From positions 72,100,687 through 72,164,686 of the forward strand of contig NC_054741.1 in NCBI RefSeq assembly GCF_018143015.1: a stretch of 64,000 bases of DNA, read 5' to 3'. This DNA is from Lytechinus variegatus. Taxonomy: Eukaryota. The position numbers were made by a program, and so were the translations under genes. Of the stretch, positions 1-13,141 are shown one piece after another (positions within the stretch are counted from its first letter, which is position 1; each line of letters opens with the position of its first letter). Under the pieces are notes generated by a model. That model worked only from the letters and a program-made list of their open reading frames with translations, was not told the DNA's origin and ran no database searches.

Positions 1-2329
1 GCGACCACTTTTCACCAAAATTGCAGCTCATTATTTGTAGCGGATCAATGCGACCGGAACGGCGTAACAAAAAATATGTGAAGCTTGGAATGGATTTCTT
101 TCTTTTTTCGTGATAAGGAAAATGCTACGCCTTGGAGCGGCTTTCTTTGTTCTTTTTCTCAATAAGACAAAAATGCTATGCCTTGGAATGGAAATTTGAG
201 TGTAAAAATGGGGGTCCCCTCTTTGGCACATACCCACTATGCAATATATACTGAGTGCCCCCCCCCCCCCGGGTCCTGGAGTCTCCAGTGGAGATGTGAT
301 ATCACTAACGTGCTTAATAAAATCTCCATGGAGCCAGGGACGGATGCCATTGCTCTAAACGCACCAAGGAATTGGGCTACAATAAATGTTGCTCCAAAAT
401 ACTCGTTTTAACTTAACTTTAAGCCAGGCATGCCAGGCCTTTTTTTTGATTGAGCCCAAACTTGGGCAAGTCTGCGCAGTCCCCCTGCCTTGTCTTTGCA
501 CATTCGTATCTGCGCTATTCTAAATGTAACTTCTAGTAAAAGAAGATATGCAGCAAACACAGACTTTACGCATGCAATACTTAAACAGATATTCATTTAA
601 AAATCTGACTCAAAATGGTGGAAAAATAATGAATTTGGGGCATTTCATGTGACGGCCTCAAAATGCAGCCCTTCTCGGCTTCCCATCAGAATCCCCAAAT
701 CGTGTGCAAAGTGAATGGGTGTGCAGACATGGAGCACCATTTTTTTCAATCTGAAAATGACTGCCCGATGATTTTCCAAGAAAATCCTATGGGGCCTAGA
801 TCTATTTCTTTCAAATTCTTATGAGATGTTTGGTACACTTACTCATAATAACTACATGTATAAGGAATGTTGTTATCTGAAAGATTTTGTGAAATAAAAA
901 CAAATTCATATTAAATCCGAACTGAAGTTGTTAGATGCGCAGACTTGGGGACCACCATCATCAATCGGCTAGGCCTACAATATTGGTTTGCAACTTTTGG
1001 CCAAAGATCATTGTTTTTTTAATACAATTACGCTTAAATACATGAAATTATTAAAAGTAGAGGAGCGTTTAGATGTACTCAGTCTGTTATTGTCGCCATC
1101 TTGCCGTCTTCGTTATCTAAGCCTAGTTACCAGACACATAGAGGGCGACAATATCATGAGCAGTGCTAACTAAATCTAAAAAAATACTTGCGTCGGCGGA
1201 TGAATATGAATCTTGCCGTAAAATTCAAAGATTCATGATATTTATCGGTCGATGCAAGTATTTTTTTTATACTTTATTATATGAAATGTTGGCAAGAGTT
1301 CCATATGCATCCCCACTAAAATTGAAAATAAAATATGGAGAAGGTATCTATATGTAGTCCAATATAGAACATACATGTGTATGATGGGGGAGTGGGAATA
1401 CATACCAAAATATGGCTTTATTCTGTCAAATTTTGAACAGGATCTAGTGTGTGTAATTGTCCATAGACATCAGTTTATTTAGTCAGTAAAGGGTCTGTGA
1501 GTCAAGACTAGTGAAACTATCGGCTGATTATCGTTAAAATACCCCTTCCGATATCAGCGCTTCTCGCTAGTATAGCGGGAAGAGGTCTTGACTGCAGATA
1601 AAACGAGGTGAGTTTGAGTTCCAACTCAGGTGCCAACAGTAAAAAAATGATAGAAAAATCTGAAGTGAACGAACCGGAAGCCTCAACAATCAACAATCTT
1701 TGTGTTATTTTTGGTGGGGGGATGCATATGGAATTCTTTTAGAAATAAAAAATATTCTAATTTTCTCCACATTGTTATGTGAAACAATGATTAATTCCTC
1801 CCTGAACATGTGGAATTAGCATTGTACAATACCATATGGCTGAGTCAACCTGGTCCTTATTGTCAAATCTGTAAAAAATGAAATATTGTATTTGATTTAA
1901 ACAATAAAAACAAAAATAGTTAGTGAGGGACATCATCGACTCTCATTTGCATGTCACTGAGTTGTGCATGTAATATAACTGTTTTGTGGAAAATAAGCGA
2001 AACTTTAAAATGTCGTAACTTTCTTATTTTACGTCCGATTTTGATGATATTTTCAGAATTATGCTAGTTTGATTTTTCTCTATTCAAATCAACATTTTCC
2101 TGGGGTGGACTTAACCTTTGCTATGACAAATGAACAAAGACTAAACATGCTCCCCTTATAAAGTACACTGTACATGTAGTTTGCTGTTCATAACAATACT
2201 GTGGTTTGAAAAAATATGATTCAGCTTTCATTTTCTAGGGGGAGGGTGTCGGTTATCATACAGGGGTTGCACAGCGCCTGTGGCATGGCTCTGGGAAGCA
2301 GGGGTGCTGGGGTTCAGCACCCCCAAGAT

Positions 2330-2530
2330 TTTTTTTTTGCTTGTCAGATTTCTTTTGGCCAAAACGACCTTTATTTTGTAGTGAAAACCTTTTTATTTCT
2401 CGTAATACTTCAGACCAAAAACGACTTTCATTTTGTAGTGAAAATGTTTTTTTTTTTTTTTTTGGCTTGTCAGATTTATTCGGACTAAAACAACCTTCAT
2501 TTTGTAGTAAAAGCCTTTTTTTTGTATGGC
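2330..2530. repeat. Three tandem copies of a 60-bp unit (ttgtcagattt...caaaaacgac(c/t)ttcattttgtagtgaaaa). They are flanked by gcacccccaag / cagcacccccagcc motifs that are shared with 22740-22900.
   Basis: Read directly. Explains overlapping ORFs 2216..2488 and 2341..2619. Confidence 0.5.
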
Positions 2531-5500
2531 AAATTTACTTCAGCACCCCCAGCCAAAAAAATTGTTCCCAGGGCCCTGGCTTGCAGGTAGCACATTGCAT
2601 TAGAAATGGTATTGAATAGAATATATCAGGTATTCCTTCTCTTGGTGAAGAATACAATCTTAAAACAGTCACTGTTACTTACGCTGGCCATATGGAAGTA
2701 TTAGAGTAAAGTATTTACATGTACATTCACAAATGCATCATATGGCGGAATGCCAGTAGGCAGAATTTACACTACAGGTACATTACATGCACATGAATCT
2801 CAAATGATACTTGTACATCATTACATACCATGTACATGTAGGTAAAGACATTATGTGGGTATCATGACATATTATTTCAGATTTAAAATTTTATACCTCT
2901 GTTTTAACCAGTTAGATACTAAACAAAATACTCTTAAAATCTATCCAAATTGGTATTCTGAGAACCATTTCATTCTCATTTCATCTCCATATATTGCATG
3001 CCTAATATGAAGCAATGTCCATTAAGAATGGCTGTTTGAAGGGGAAGTAAACTGACCAACATTTTGTGTGGCCTCTGACAGACTGTGTGCAATTATAGAC
3101 TACATACATGTATAATCTTAAAAATGAATATGTGAGATAATCAATAATACAGCTCATAAACTAGCCTTCAATTTAATAGAGAAACTGAAATGTTTGTTAG
3201 GGGAAAGTACTTACATGTATATTGCTACTGTGGTATACATACATGTAATTTTGTATGAATGAATTGACTGGTGAATTACATGTTATATCATTCAATTTTG
3301 GGCCTATTACAAGACTACACACACAGCTCCGAATGTAGCATTGTGCTGGCAAGATGTAAGTAGAAAATACTTATTACAGCGCTATTAAGGTTGCTAGTTT
3401 GTTGCTGCTTTTAGCTTTCTCAACATCCAACCAATGAAAATCCTTTCCTCCCAGAAGTGGGGAAGGGAGTGAGAGTGCATCAGTTTCAATACATTCAAAT
3501 ACGATTGCATTATTATGCTAACATGTCTTTAATCGATTCGTTTCAGTTATACTATTCACCGAGAAATATTGCTGAAATTGACAACGCAGAGATGAAATAG
3601 CCCCATCCTACGCTAAGCGTATTGTTTATATCTTCAAAGTAACATGGGAGCAAGCACATCATCTGTGTTGCAATGGTTAGAAAGCGATGGATTTTTACAT
3701 TGGGACTGCTCCGTTGCATTTTATCTATACACATGATTAAAAACTAAAATTTATCTGAGATAAGTATGAAATTTTTAGTCCCAGACTAGAGAGGTTAAAT
3801 TGATATCAGAATACCAATTTTATTTTAGAGGTAAAATAAAACAATGTCAAGGATAATGGATCTCAGAATACCGCCCCTGGTTTTCAGGGAACATGCATGC
3901 TGAAATGCTTTTGACGAATTAGCTAGATACATACATGTACGTACTATACCTTGGGTTCATGCATTAAAATGCTGGAATTTTTTTTTGCCAAAGATAGACT
4001 GGATTGGAGGGATTGCACAATTGCACAATTGCTCGCCATTATTTGCATGTATCTCAGGATAGCAAATAAAGCATTATTTTTGTGCAGTTGTGATTCAACC
4101 CAAATCAGACCTGCCAAATAGTACGATTTTTCACTTAAAATACGACAGTAGGATTTTTATAAATAAGATACGATTTTACGAAAATATAGCTATGACAAGG
4201 CTCGACATTACAGAAATCCACTTCAGGCAATCATTGAAAAATGTTAAGTTTTTGTTGCCCAAATCGGGCAACCAATTATTTTCAAAGAAGCGCAATTTTC
4301 TCCTGATTTTGCACGCATTTATCAACTTTATACAGTTCAACTTGCAAGCCAGTTCGTCATGCGCCCTTTTTGTTGATCTACACACAAATACACACATGAC
4401 AGTACATAGGCTTTACCGCTATGGCATACAGTAGCTATTATCCAGCCGGCCAGCTGGCGAGCTACGATACAAAATGTTGCTGCTTAGAAATCTTCCACAG
4501 AACTTTGAAAATCTATGTCAAAGTCACATTTTACACCAATGAAATGCCCTTCTACAGTCCATATTACTAAAATCTGGTGTAAACTGTTTATTTGCAAGCA
4601 TTAAAAAGAGGAATTATAACCTCTCTTTTGAATCGAAAAGACCGATTTCCAAATGTATTAATACACATAAAAACACATAGGTGAGTACATCACAGTCCCA
4701 TGTGTGCATTTGTATGTATGTTGATACTTGGTTTCTTTAGAAGCTGTGTCTTGTCTAGCCAAAAATAAGCAGACAGTTTCCTTCTTTCTTGTTTATAAAT
4801 GACTTCTTTAACCATTCTTCAGAAAGAAAATACTTTGGGAAGGCATTTCATTTGTATGAAATGTGAATTTTTCAAACATTTTGCAAACAAATTAAAGAAT
4901 TTTTCTTGACACTTTTCTTCCAGATATAACTTTTGGCATTTTTTATTTTTTTTTATTTTTTCTTTTCTGAAAGTGGTTATAAACAATATACTCCTTCCCA
5001 TTGAATATGCCTGATTAAAGAATATGTTTCTACTGATATATACAAGTAATACAAACGAAAGGTTATAAAAATAGAAATGCGCCATCCCCAAAAGGTGAAA
5101 ATTATTTGCTCAATTGGCTTAAACTGTTGTCACATACAACTGTTAAAAACTATTTGTAATGGCTTCTCAATTTTTTCCCCCTTTCCCCATTTTTTATTAA
5201 TTTTGTTCTATTCATTTTTTTTTCATTTACTTTGTTTCTTTTTTTTTCTTTATTTTTTTCTGTTTTACTTTTTTTCCTGTTCTGTTTGTTCTTCATTTTC
5301 TTTCTTTTGTTTTATTTCACTTATTTCTTTTATTATTTTTGTTTTCTTTTTAAATCCTAACCGCCTCAAAAAATGCCGTATGTATATTTGAATGGGTAAA
5401 AAATGCATTGGATGATAACTAATACTACATGTACATGTATGCTTGTTTACATTACTGACCCTTTACCAAAGCGAAAGATGGGCTTTAGCTTATCATTGTC

Positions 5501-5678
5501 ATACTGTATCTTGATCCCAATTGAACCAATTCTTGATATATTCCATCATGCTCCTCTGAGCTACATGTATGAAATACAAGATCTGCCTATCATATGATGT
5601 CATTTGGTGCTGTATTGTGATTTGCAGAAATATCGAATGTTCACTGTTTGTTCTTTGCTTCTGTTTTTTTGTATACAG

Positions 5679-6744
5679 ATTGATCGCCTGAAAGAGACAG
5701 CAAGACGGATAGCTGAACTACCAGATAAGGAATTTGATATTCTGATCACTGGCTCTGTCACCGACTTTCAGCCTCTGGTGTTTGAGCAACATCCCTGTGA
5801 TCCCCCCAAAGCACAGACTGTTTCTTGCCATATGGCTGCCACCGATGAATCTGCAAGCATCAGTGCTGGGGTAGATGGCAAGACTACAGCACTTTCAGTT
5901 ACTTCTGTCAAGAATGCGTCTGCTGAAGTAAAATCTGATGTACAATTGAAACATGCTGTGAATGATAAATGTTTGAATAATGTAACTCCTCAAGAAAAGA
6001 AGGAAGATGTCATTCATGTCACTGGCAAGAAAAATGGATCACTAGCAAACAAGGACTCTCAAGTTAAAAATGACATTCATCACAGCAATGTTGATATTGG
6101 GGCTAACATATCATTTGGATTAGAACTGAGTGCAACCAGCAGTATTGTGAACAAGCCAAAGGTAGATGAAAAGAGCAGTGTTAAAAACACAAATTCACAT
6201 AAATTGCTTTCAACAAAGAAAAAATCTTGTGACAGTACTCAAGGAAGTAAAGTATCTGCTTCCAGCCCTTCCCCACATACAATAAACAAATTGATGAATC
6301 GTGCTGTAGACATAGTTGATGCTTCCGAATTCCCAGAAAGTTCAACGTGTCCTAAACCTGAGTACATTGACAGTGAGCGCCTTGACCATTCTGACGCCGT
6401 AGCTTTGAACTATGTGTCAGGTAGTAGTGACTTTAGTCGCCGCAACCTGGGTAATAATGTCTTTGAGAAACCCGTGGAGCGGGAGATGCAGCCTGTGAAA
6501 CTGCATGTAGATAGCAGTAGGGAGCAAGAGGGACTATGTAGCAGCAAGCTGCCAAAGAACTATGGAAGCATTGAATCTCCTGAAACATCTGCTGGTGTCA
6601 ATGCTGTTTCATCTCCAGAGGATGAAATCTCTCCAACTGCAAGCAGTACAGCAGAAGTGCTTGGTGATGGTATTGGCTTAGGGGGTCCCGAAGTGGCAGA
6701 TGAACCCACCAAGAAGAAGAGGAAAAGGAAAAAGAAAAAGAAAG
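5679..6744 (+). CDS. Gene 1 coding exon (first visible; upstream exons not identified). Begins after acceptor tttttttgtatacag, phase 0: IDRLKETARRIAELPDKEFDILITGSV...; ends with a KKKRKRKKKKK NLS-like stretch, donor AAAG|GTCAGT (phase 1). Serine-rich low-complexity protein, identity not recognised.
   Basis: ORF 5604..6752 in the track; polypyrimidine tract plus AG at 5677-5678. The ORF part upstream of 5679 reads as intron (T-rich). Frame continuity with the next exon was verified (G + GA = Gly). Confidence 0.65.
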
Positions 6745-7140
6745 GTCAGTAGAATGTATTTTGAGTATAGCTGAGATGATACAATTGAACAGACAAATTC
6801 CTGACTGTTTCTTTCGGGTCTAGATTTGATTTTATCATTATTGGTGCACCAATGAAAAGTAAATGTAAAATGAATTAAAGATTAATTAATTTGGTTTTAA
6901 TTACTATTTACATGTATATTTGCATTTTCACATTTTAAATTTCAAACCTTGGGCCTAAATGAACAAAATTGAACTATAGAAAGATTATATTAAGGCATGC
7001 ATGATTTGTCAATTTTCTTGGTTGAATTTATCAGTTGCTAATGTTATGATATCCAGTTTTTGCAACTTCATCAACTTCATCCTCGCTCGAGATGGTACTA
7101 AAGCTTATGTGAGCAGGTTCCCTCAATGAAAACTGTTTTT

Positions 7141-8070
7141 GTCTCACCTGCATAGCAGAGTGAGACTATAGGCGCCGCTTTTCCGGCGGCGGAGGCGACG
7201 GCGGCGGCGGCGTCAACATCAAATCTTAACCTGAGGTTAAGTTTTTGAAATGACATCATAACTTAGAAAGTATATGGACCTAGTTCATGAAACTTGGTCA
7301 TAAGGTTAATCAAGTATTACTGAACATCCTATTAAAGTTTCATGTCACATGACCAAGGTCAAAGGTCATTTAGGGTCAATGAACTTAGACCATGTTGGAG
7401 GAATCAACATCAAAATCTTAACCTGAGGTTAAGTTTTTGAAATGTCATCATAACTTAGAAAATATATGGACCTAGTTCATGAAACTTGGACATAAGGTTA
7501 ATCAAGTATCACTGAACATCCTGCATGAGTTTCACGTCACATGTTTAAGGTGAAAGGTCATTTAGGGTCAATGAACTTTGGCCGAATTGGGGGTATCTGT
7601 TGAATTCCCATCATAACTTTGAAAGTTTATGGATCTGATTCATGAAACTTAGACATAATAGCAATCAAGCATCACTGATCATTTTGTGCAAGTTTCAGGT
7701 CTCATGATTAAGGTCAAAGGTCATTTAGGGTCAATGAACTTTGGCCGAATTAGGTGTATCTGTTCAATTACCATCATAACTTTGAAAGTTTATGGATCTG
7801 ATTCATGAAACTTGTACATAAGAGTAATCAAGTACCACTGAACATCCTGTGCGAGTTTCAGGTCACATGATCAAGGTCATGTAAGGTCAATGAACTTTGG
7901 CCATGTTGGGGTTTTTGTTGAATAACCATCATATCTCTGTAAGTTTATTGGTCTAGTTCATAAAAAGTAGACATAAGAGTAACCATATATCACTGAACAT
8001 CTTGTGCGAGTTAGAGTAGTTTTCAAAGTCAGCACTGCTGCTATATTGAACTGCGCGATGCAGGTGAGAC
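7141..8070. mobile_element. TIR-bounded non-autonomous element inside the gene-1 intron. Termini are gtctcacctgcat (7141-7153) and atgcaggtgagac (8058-8070). It contains a GGC-rich microsatellite (7183-7212) and about 4.3 tandem copies of a 180-bp unit (7213-7990).
   Basis: Terminal inverted repeats were read directly. The internal repeat unit recurs with about 90 percent identity and contains AAGGTCAAAGGTCATTTAGGGTCAATGAAC. Confidence 0.7.
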
Positions 8071-8199
8071 GGCCAGAGGCATTCCACTTGTCGTATCATA
8101 AATTTGCCAGCTATCCATTAAGGTCAGTTTTTTATGTACAGTACGTGTGCACAATACTTCCTTTGCAATTGGGTATTCATGTTATATTTGATGGCTCAG

Positions 8200-8460
8200 A
8201 ATGGACTACCTTGGGCAAATATTCCATGAATCCATGTGTTGTGGCTCAGCGAATAAATCTCTGGACTTTGAACCACAAAGTCTGGGGTTCAAATCCCTGC
8301 AGCACTCGCATCTTTTGGCAAAGCGTTTATCTGCATTTGCCATTCTCCACCCAGGTGTAGTAAATGGGTACCCGGTAGGAAGGAATTCCTTGAATGCTCG
8401 AGTGTCCAATCAGGATAGCCATGCTAAAGCCGGGGAAATAGAATGCAGCGCTTAGAAACA
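8200..8460 (+). mobile_element. tRNA-Gln(TTG)-derived SINE, or tRNA pseudogene head (8235-8320) plus SINE body.
   Basis: The segment gtggctcagcg...ctctggactttgaaccac...ggggttcaaatccctgcagcac matches the anticodon arm of tRNA-Gln-TTG (CTCTGGACTTTGAATCCAG) and the B box GGTTCAAATCC. The D arm is degenerate. Confidence 0.55.
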
Positions 8461-8514
8461 TTTGTATTAAAGGAGAATGAAACCTTTAGAACAAGATAGC
8501 TTGTGTGAAAGCAG

Positions 8515-9560
8515 AAAAATTTTAATTTCAATTTCAATTTAATTCAATTTATTCAAATTCCATTCAATAAAAAACACAAGATACAATATCAGAAAAATAC
8601 ATAATTGATAAGAAAGCAATTAAACATACATGAATACAAAATGAAATTTGGGAGACTGCAAAAGACCGAAAGGTCTTGACGAGGCAGACCCCGAGTGCCA
8701 TCATGGCGATACAAATATTGACATATTAAAAATGAGGACATGAAGGGAAAAAAGTACAGATGTCCTACCCCCCCCCATCGGGAACTGGAAACCAGTGTAA
8801 CAATTATAAATTATCTAAATACACTTTAAGAAAAAATTCATGAGTCATATGATGATATGATATGTTTTTTTAGCTTACATTTAAAAGAAGAAAGCGAAGA
8901 ACATTCTTTTATTGTACGAGGCAGTGAGTGCCAAACATCGGGTCCTCTATGTCTGATGGATTTATAAGCAAGTACCGGTACTGTTTTGGGATTACTAAGA
9001 TGAAAATTGTTGGAACTTCTGGTATTGTGTTCATGAACCTGGGTATTATGTATAAACATTGAATTAAAATTGCTTGGAACCAAGTGATTAGCATAATTGA
9101 ACATAAAGTTTGCAGTTTGTAAGATATTGATATCACATATTTTTAATATGTTCAGTTTTTTGAAAATTGGATCAGTATGGGCTAAGTAAGCAGAACTTGT
9201 GCAAATTCTTATGGCTCTTTTCTGCAATAACAGTAAGGAATTAACGTTTCTTTTGGTTCCACAACCCCAAGCAATATTAGCGTAAGATAAATAAGATAAT
9301 ATGAAAGAATTGTACAATAGTATAATAGACTTTGGCATTAATGTATCTTTTAGTTTGAACATAATACCAATAATTCTAGAAATATGAGTTCTTAGATGCT
9401 GAAAATGCAAATTCCAGTTTAAATGCTGATCGAGAATAACACCAAGAAATTTAACATTAGTTTTCCTATCAAAATCAAAGAAACAGATCAACGAAAGTTT
9501 GAGAAAAATCGGACAAAGAATGAGAAGGTTATGAGCATTTGAATATTGCAATCACTAATG
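8515..9560 (-). mobile_element. 5'-truncated non-LTR retrotransposon (CR1/L2/RTE-like LINE) fragment. It holds the RT C-terminal domain and a 3'UTR ending in a short-unit microsatellite tail (aaattg-like repeats at 8520-8560 on the minus strand).
   Basis: ORF 8838..9551 (-): ...KFLGVILDQHLNWNLHFQHL...LYNSFILSYLSYANIAWGC...LQKRAIRI. These are the characteristic LINE RT thumb motifs FLGV.LD..L.W..H and LY...VRP.LEY....W. Confidence 0.7.
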
Positions 9561-9990
9561 CTATGGAGATCCTCAAATTGGCAATGCGGCAAAGATGTTA
9601 TGTATGATGTCACTGATGTCTTTTGATGAACAACTCTCCCCATTACACTAGTATATATTTCACTTAAATTGCCTCTTTTATCACATCTATCAGTAGATCA
9701 TTTATTCTTTCTATAGGAGGGCATGTAATACATATTTTTAAAGAACACATCACGGATAAAAGATTGTATCACCATAAGAAAAAGCAAAAAGAGAAATTTG
9801 GGGTTATTTTTTAGTCCATCATAGGGAAAGTTGTTCACATGTGACATCACACAACCTTGTCGCATTGCCAATTAGAGGATCTCCATAGCATTAGTGATTG
9901 CAATATTCAAATGCTCATAACTTTCTCATTGTTTGTCAAATTTTTCTCAAACTCTTTATTGTTATTCTTTGATTTTTCTGTCTTTTTAAA
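9470..9990. repeat. Hairpin MITE with inverted arms of about 130 bp (9470-9600 and 9850-9985) flanking a 250-bp loop. A related solo copy lies at about 55690-55810.
   Basis: The reverse complement of 9470-9545 matches 9895-9960 almost exactly. 55690-55800 shares the aaatcggacaa...attgcaatcactaat...tcaaattggcaa core. Confidence 0.6.
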
Positions 9991-10175
9991 TTGAGAATGG
10001 GTATTTTCTGAAGGGGTATTTATAATTGGCTGTGGTCCTAGTTTAGGCTGTTTTGATAAAAAATATTGTAAACCAATAGTGAAAGCTCCTTTGTGTATAT
10101 TCTTTGAATGTTCATTGTCATGATATACAGAGAAGTCATTAACAGGAGTTGTATTTTGTTATCATATTTCTGCAG

Positions 10176-12335
10176 GAAATACTGAAGCAGATCCAGGTGG
10201 AACAGCCAACTCATCTGATCATGAGAACAAAGCACTTACATCACCAGGCACATCTGGGGCAGAAGACAGTAATAAAATAACAGATGCAGTCTCACAATCT
10301 TCGTCCAATTTAAAAACTCTGAATGGACCTAGTGGAGCACCTTCTAAATCATCTGCACCTTCAACAAAGACTAAGAAAACAGAAAACAAAAATGACAAGA
10401 AACAGACAAATAATGCAAAGAAACAAGTGGATTCAACTCTTGAAGACAACAAAGCCATCAACAAATCAGACAAGAGAGTTACTTCTGGGAAGCCTGACCG
10501 GCCAAAATCACTAGACATGTCAGATAAAGATGATGCTCTAAGGACTACACATGAATCGTCTAGTGATAAAAAGCCTTTAAATGATAAGTTAGTTAAATTA
10601 GATGGTGATAAAAGTGCTGCAAAGGAAGCTAATACATCTGATAATGAATCAGAAAGTGGAAATGATGCCGAAAAAAGCAGCGAGGATACCAGTATAAAGG
10701 CAAGCCAAGAGAGCTCCATGGACGAGAATTTTCGCGATGAAGATGAAGCAAATGGTAGTGAGTGGCAAACATATGGAATAAAGAAGAGCAAGAGGAGGGC
10801 TTATGCTGCAGAGGATAGATACACTTTTAGACCTTCACCTGCAGATAACCTCAGACGCTCTTATTACAGTGGACCATTTGATCCTAAGTTACGTAAATCC
10901 AGCAGTGAGCCATCGGGCATGTCCAAATGGATGGATGTGAGCGATAATAGACCAGTACATAGGCATGCTTCCTTTTCCCGCCACCATAATCTGAGAGAGG
11001 AGTTTCACAGCTTATCGCCTAGACCAGACAGTATACCTACAGACGAGAGTGCTGAGAAACCTCCCCCACCAGTTTCTGCCAACTCTTATGCAGCCAAACT
11101 AAAAGCTAAACCACCTGTTCCTCCTAGTGGGAGTGTTAAAAAACCCCAGGAAAATCAGCCCATTGTTGGAGATCAGCAAGAAAGCACAGTGGATGATAGT
11201 ACATGTAAAACACTTTCAGCTTCTCTTACTTCTAGTGCAACAGATGGCAGAGAACAGCAACAAGACCCTCCTTTGATAAAACCACCAGAAGTAAAGGACA
11301 ATTTTGAAACAAAGTCTTCTACATCATCTACTACTGGAGAATTGGACAGTCAGACTGATCTTAGTGATATTCCTGCCAAAGCATATGGTAGTGGTGTAGT
11401 TGGTGCTGTGACAGCTGCCAAATCAGCAAGTCTCCCACGTGATATGGGCCGTATACCGGATGCCGAGTTGCCAAAACTGGACAATACAAGTGCAGATAAT
11501 GTTGTGCAATATCTTGACTTGCAATGCTCCAATGACACTTACGCAGCACGCCTTAAACAAAGCATTAACAAGTCATCAACAGACACTAAAACACTGAGTA
11601 AAGTACTTAGCACCCAGCAGGATACATCAAAAGCTAGTGATGATATCAAACCAGCTAGGGCAAGTAAACTAGAGAGCAGCCATAAAGCTGTAAGCCTCGA
11701 CTCTGCACCACCTGCTCCGGCAGTGGTGCCCAAGAAATCATCTAGTGCCAATACTAAAGACAAGGACAGTATGCGGACAGTCAAATCTGAAACTAGCCTT
11801 AACTTGACGTCAGAGGGTACTCCTGTCATCCAGGACAACTCCTTCCCTTTTGAAGCAGTGCCAGCTGATAGCTTTGACATTACGTTTGGTTCAGTGAAAT
11901 TCTGCGAGAGTGATTTCGAACTGATCGACGATGTGACGCAAAGCAACCAACAGCCAAAGGGTAAATCTGATTCCAAGCCTGTGCCTCAATCCTCTCCTGT
12001 CAATAACCCAGAGAATCGAACCAATGCCAGCTCTCCATCTCCACCTCCTAACCAGGTCAGTTGTGCTGATCTGGAAAAGGCTTGGATTTCCAAGACTCCC
12101 CAGAACATTGACAAAAGTGACAATCACCATATCCGGAAGACTACTCCGGACAGTACCTCTACAGTGCCATCAGTACCTGCAAGCCTTGCTGCCATTCTTG
12201 CAAGTGGCAATAAGAACAGTATCCCTCATACCACAATGGGAGAGAATAATAACCTGAAGAAGAAGCCATTGGATCGACAGCAATATTGGACAGCCAGATT
12301 TAACCACTCAGAATTGGCAGATATGCTTCAGAAAG
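10176..12335 (+). CDS. Gene 1 large internal exon (2160 nt, about 720 aa). Extremely S/T/K/D/E/P-rich, predicted intrinsically disordered. Acceptor tttctgcag|GAAATACTG, donor CAGAAAG|GTAAGT.
   Basis: ORF 10427..12355 (642 aa) is the downstream part. The same frame stays open upstream to the acceptor at 10174-10175. Reading frame is joined consistently to exons 1 and 3. Confidence 0.75.
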
Positions 12336-13141
12336 GTAAGTTAATTATTGATTAATTCATTTACAATGAAGAAACTTTTGAGCATGATACCATGCACATG
12401 TCAAAATAATTATTAAAAAAGAATGATTGAATGTCAAATATGGAAAAGCTTTTGCTCAGAATTAAGAGAATAATGCCATTATTTTGTGTGCAACTTAGTG
12501 CAAGATGTAAAAAAATATGTTGTGATTTCAAATTCAATCAAGTTTGTTTCTTATTTCATTTGAACATGGACTTCAAGTTTTAAGGAATTCCTTAGGTTAT
12601 TTAACTACTAATCTACATGCACTTTGGAAATGATGATGAATGATTGGAGAGATTTCATTGAAACTTTAACATTAATCTTTGACCAACGTACATGCTATGG
12701 TATGAGAACTCTATCACTACTTGTTAATGTACCTTGTCACATATACTGATTTGATATTGTTGCATCATACAGTGTATTTAATTCATTCAGAATTCAGACT
12801 GTAGAAGTACATATATATATATATTTTACCAGGATATCCCCTGTCTAAGTGATTTTATCAAGTCATTATTTCACGTTGAAGAAGTTAATGCTTACATGTA
12901 TATCAAAAATTCCACCTGTGACAGGAACTATGCAAGCTAAGCATTACAATGTCATGGTGGTCTGAAGATAAATAATTAAATAATAAATTGCATGCTTAAA
13001 GGTTTAATGGTATTTTATACAATGCTGGAGTAGTGTCATAATTGCATTATATAATACATGTAACTATTTTATACGGTTAGTATTGAAATCAAATAGTTAC
13101 CATTTTGATTATATTTTGTATCTTTTATTTCTACCACACAG

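Noticed and set aside
5604-5678. N-terminal part of track ORF 5604..6752 (MVLYCDLQKYRMFTVCSLLLFFCIQ)
   Set aside because: It is a T-rich polypyrimidine tract ending in an AG acceptor at 5677-5678, so it is intron sequence and not coding.
8838-9551. Treating ORF 8838..9551 as a cellular gene
   Set aside because: The sequence is a LINE reverse-transcriptase C-terminal fragment. The first 27 codons come from the adjacent hairpin MITE arm, and there is no intact upstream ORF, so it is a truncated TE and not a host gene.
10219-10791. ORF 190 aa on the minus strand (MLFFIPYVCHSLPFASSSS...)
   Set aside because: It is antisense to the serine-rich exon 2 of gene 1. Low-complexity codon bias keeps the opposite strand open, and it shows no splice or start context.
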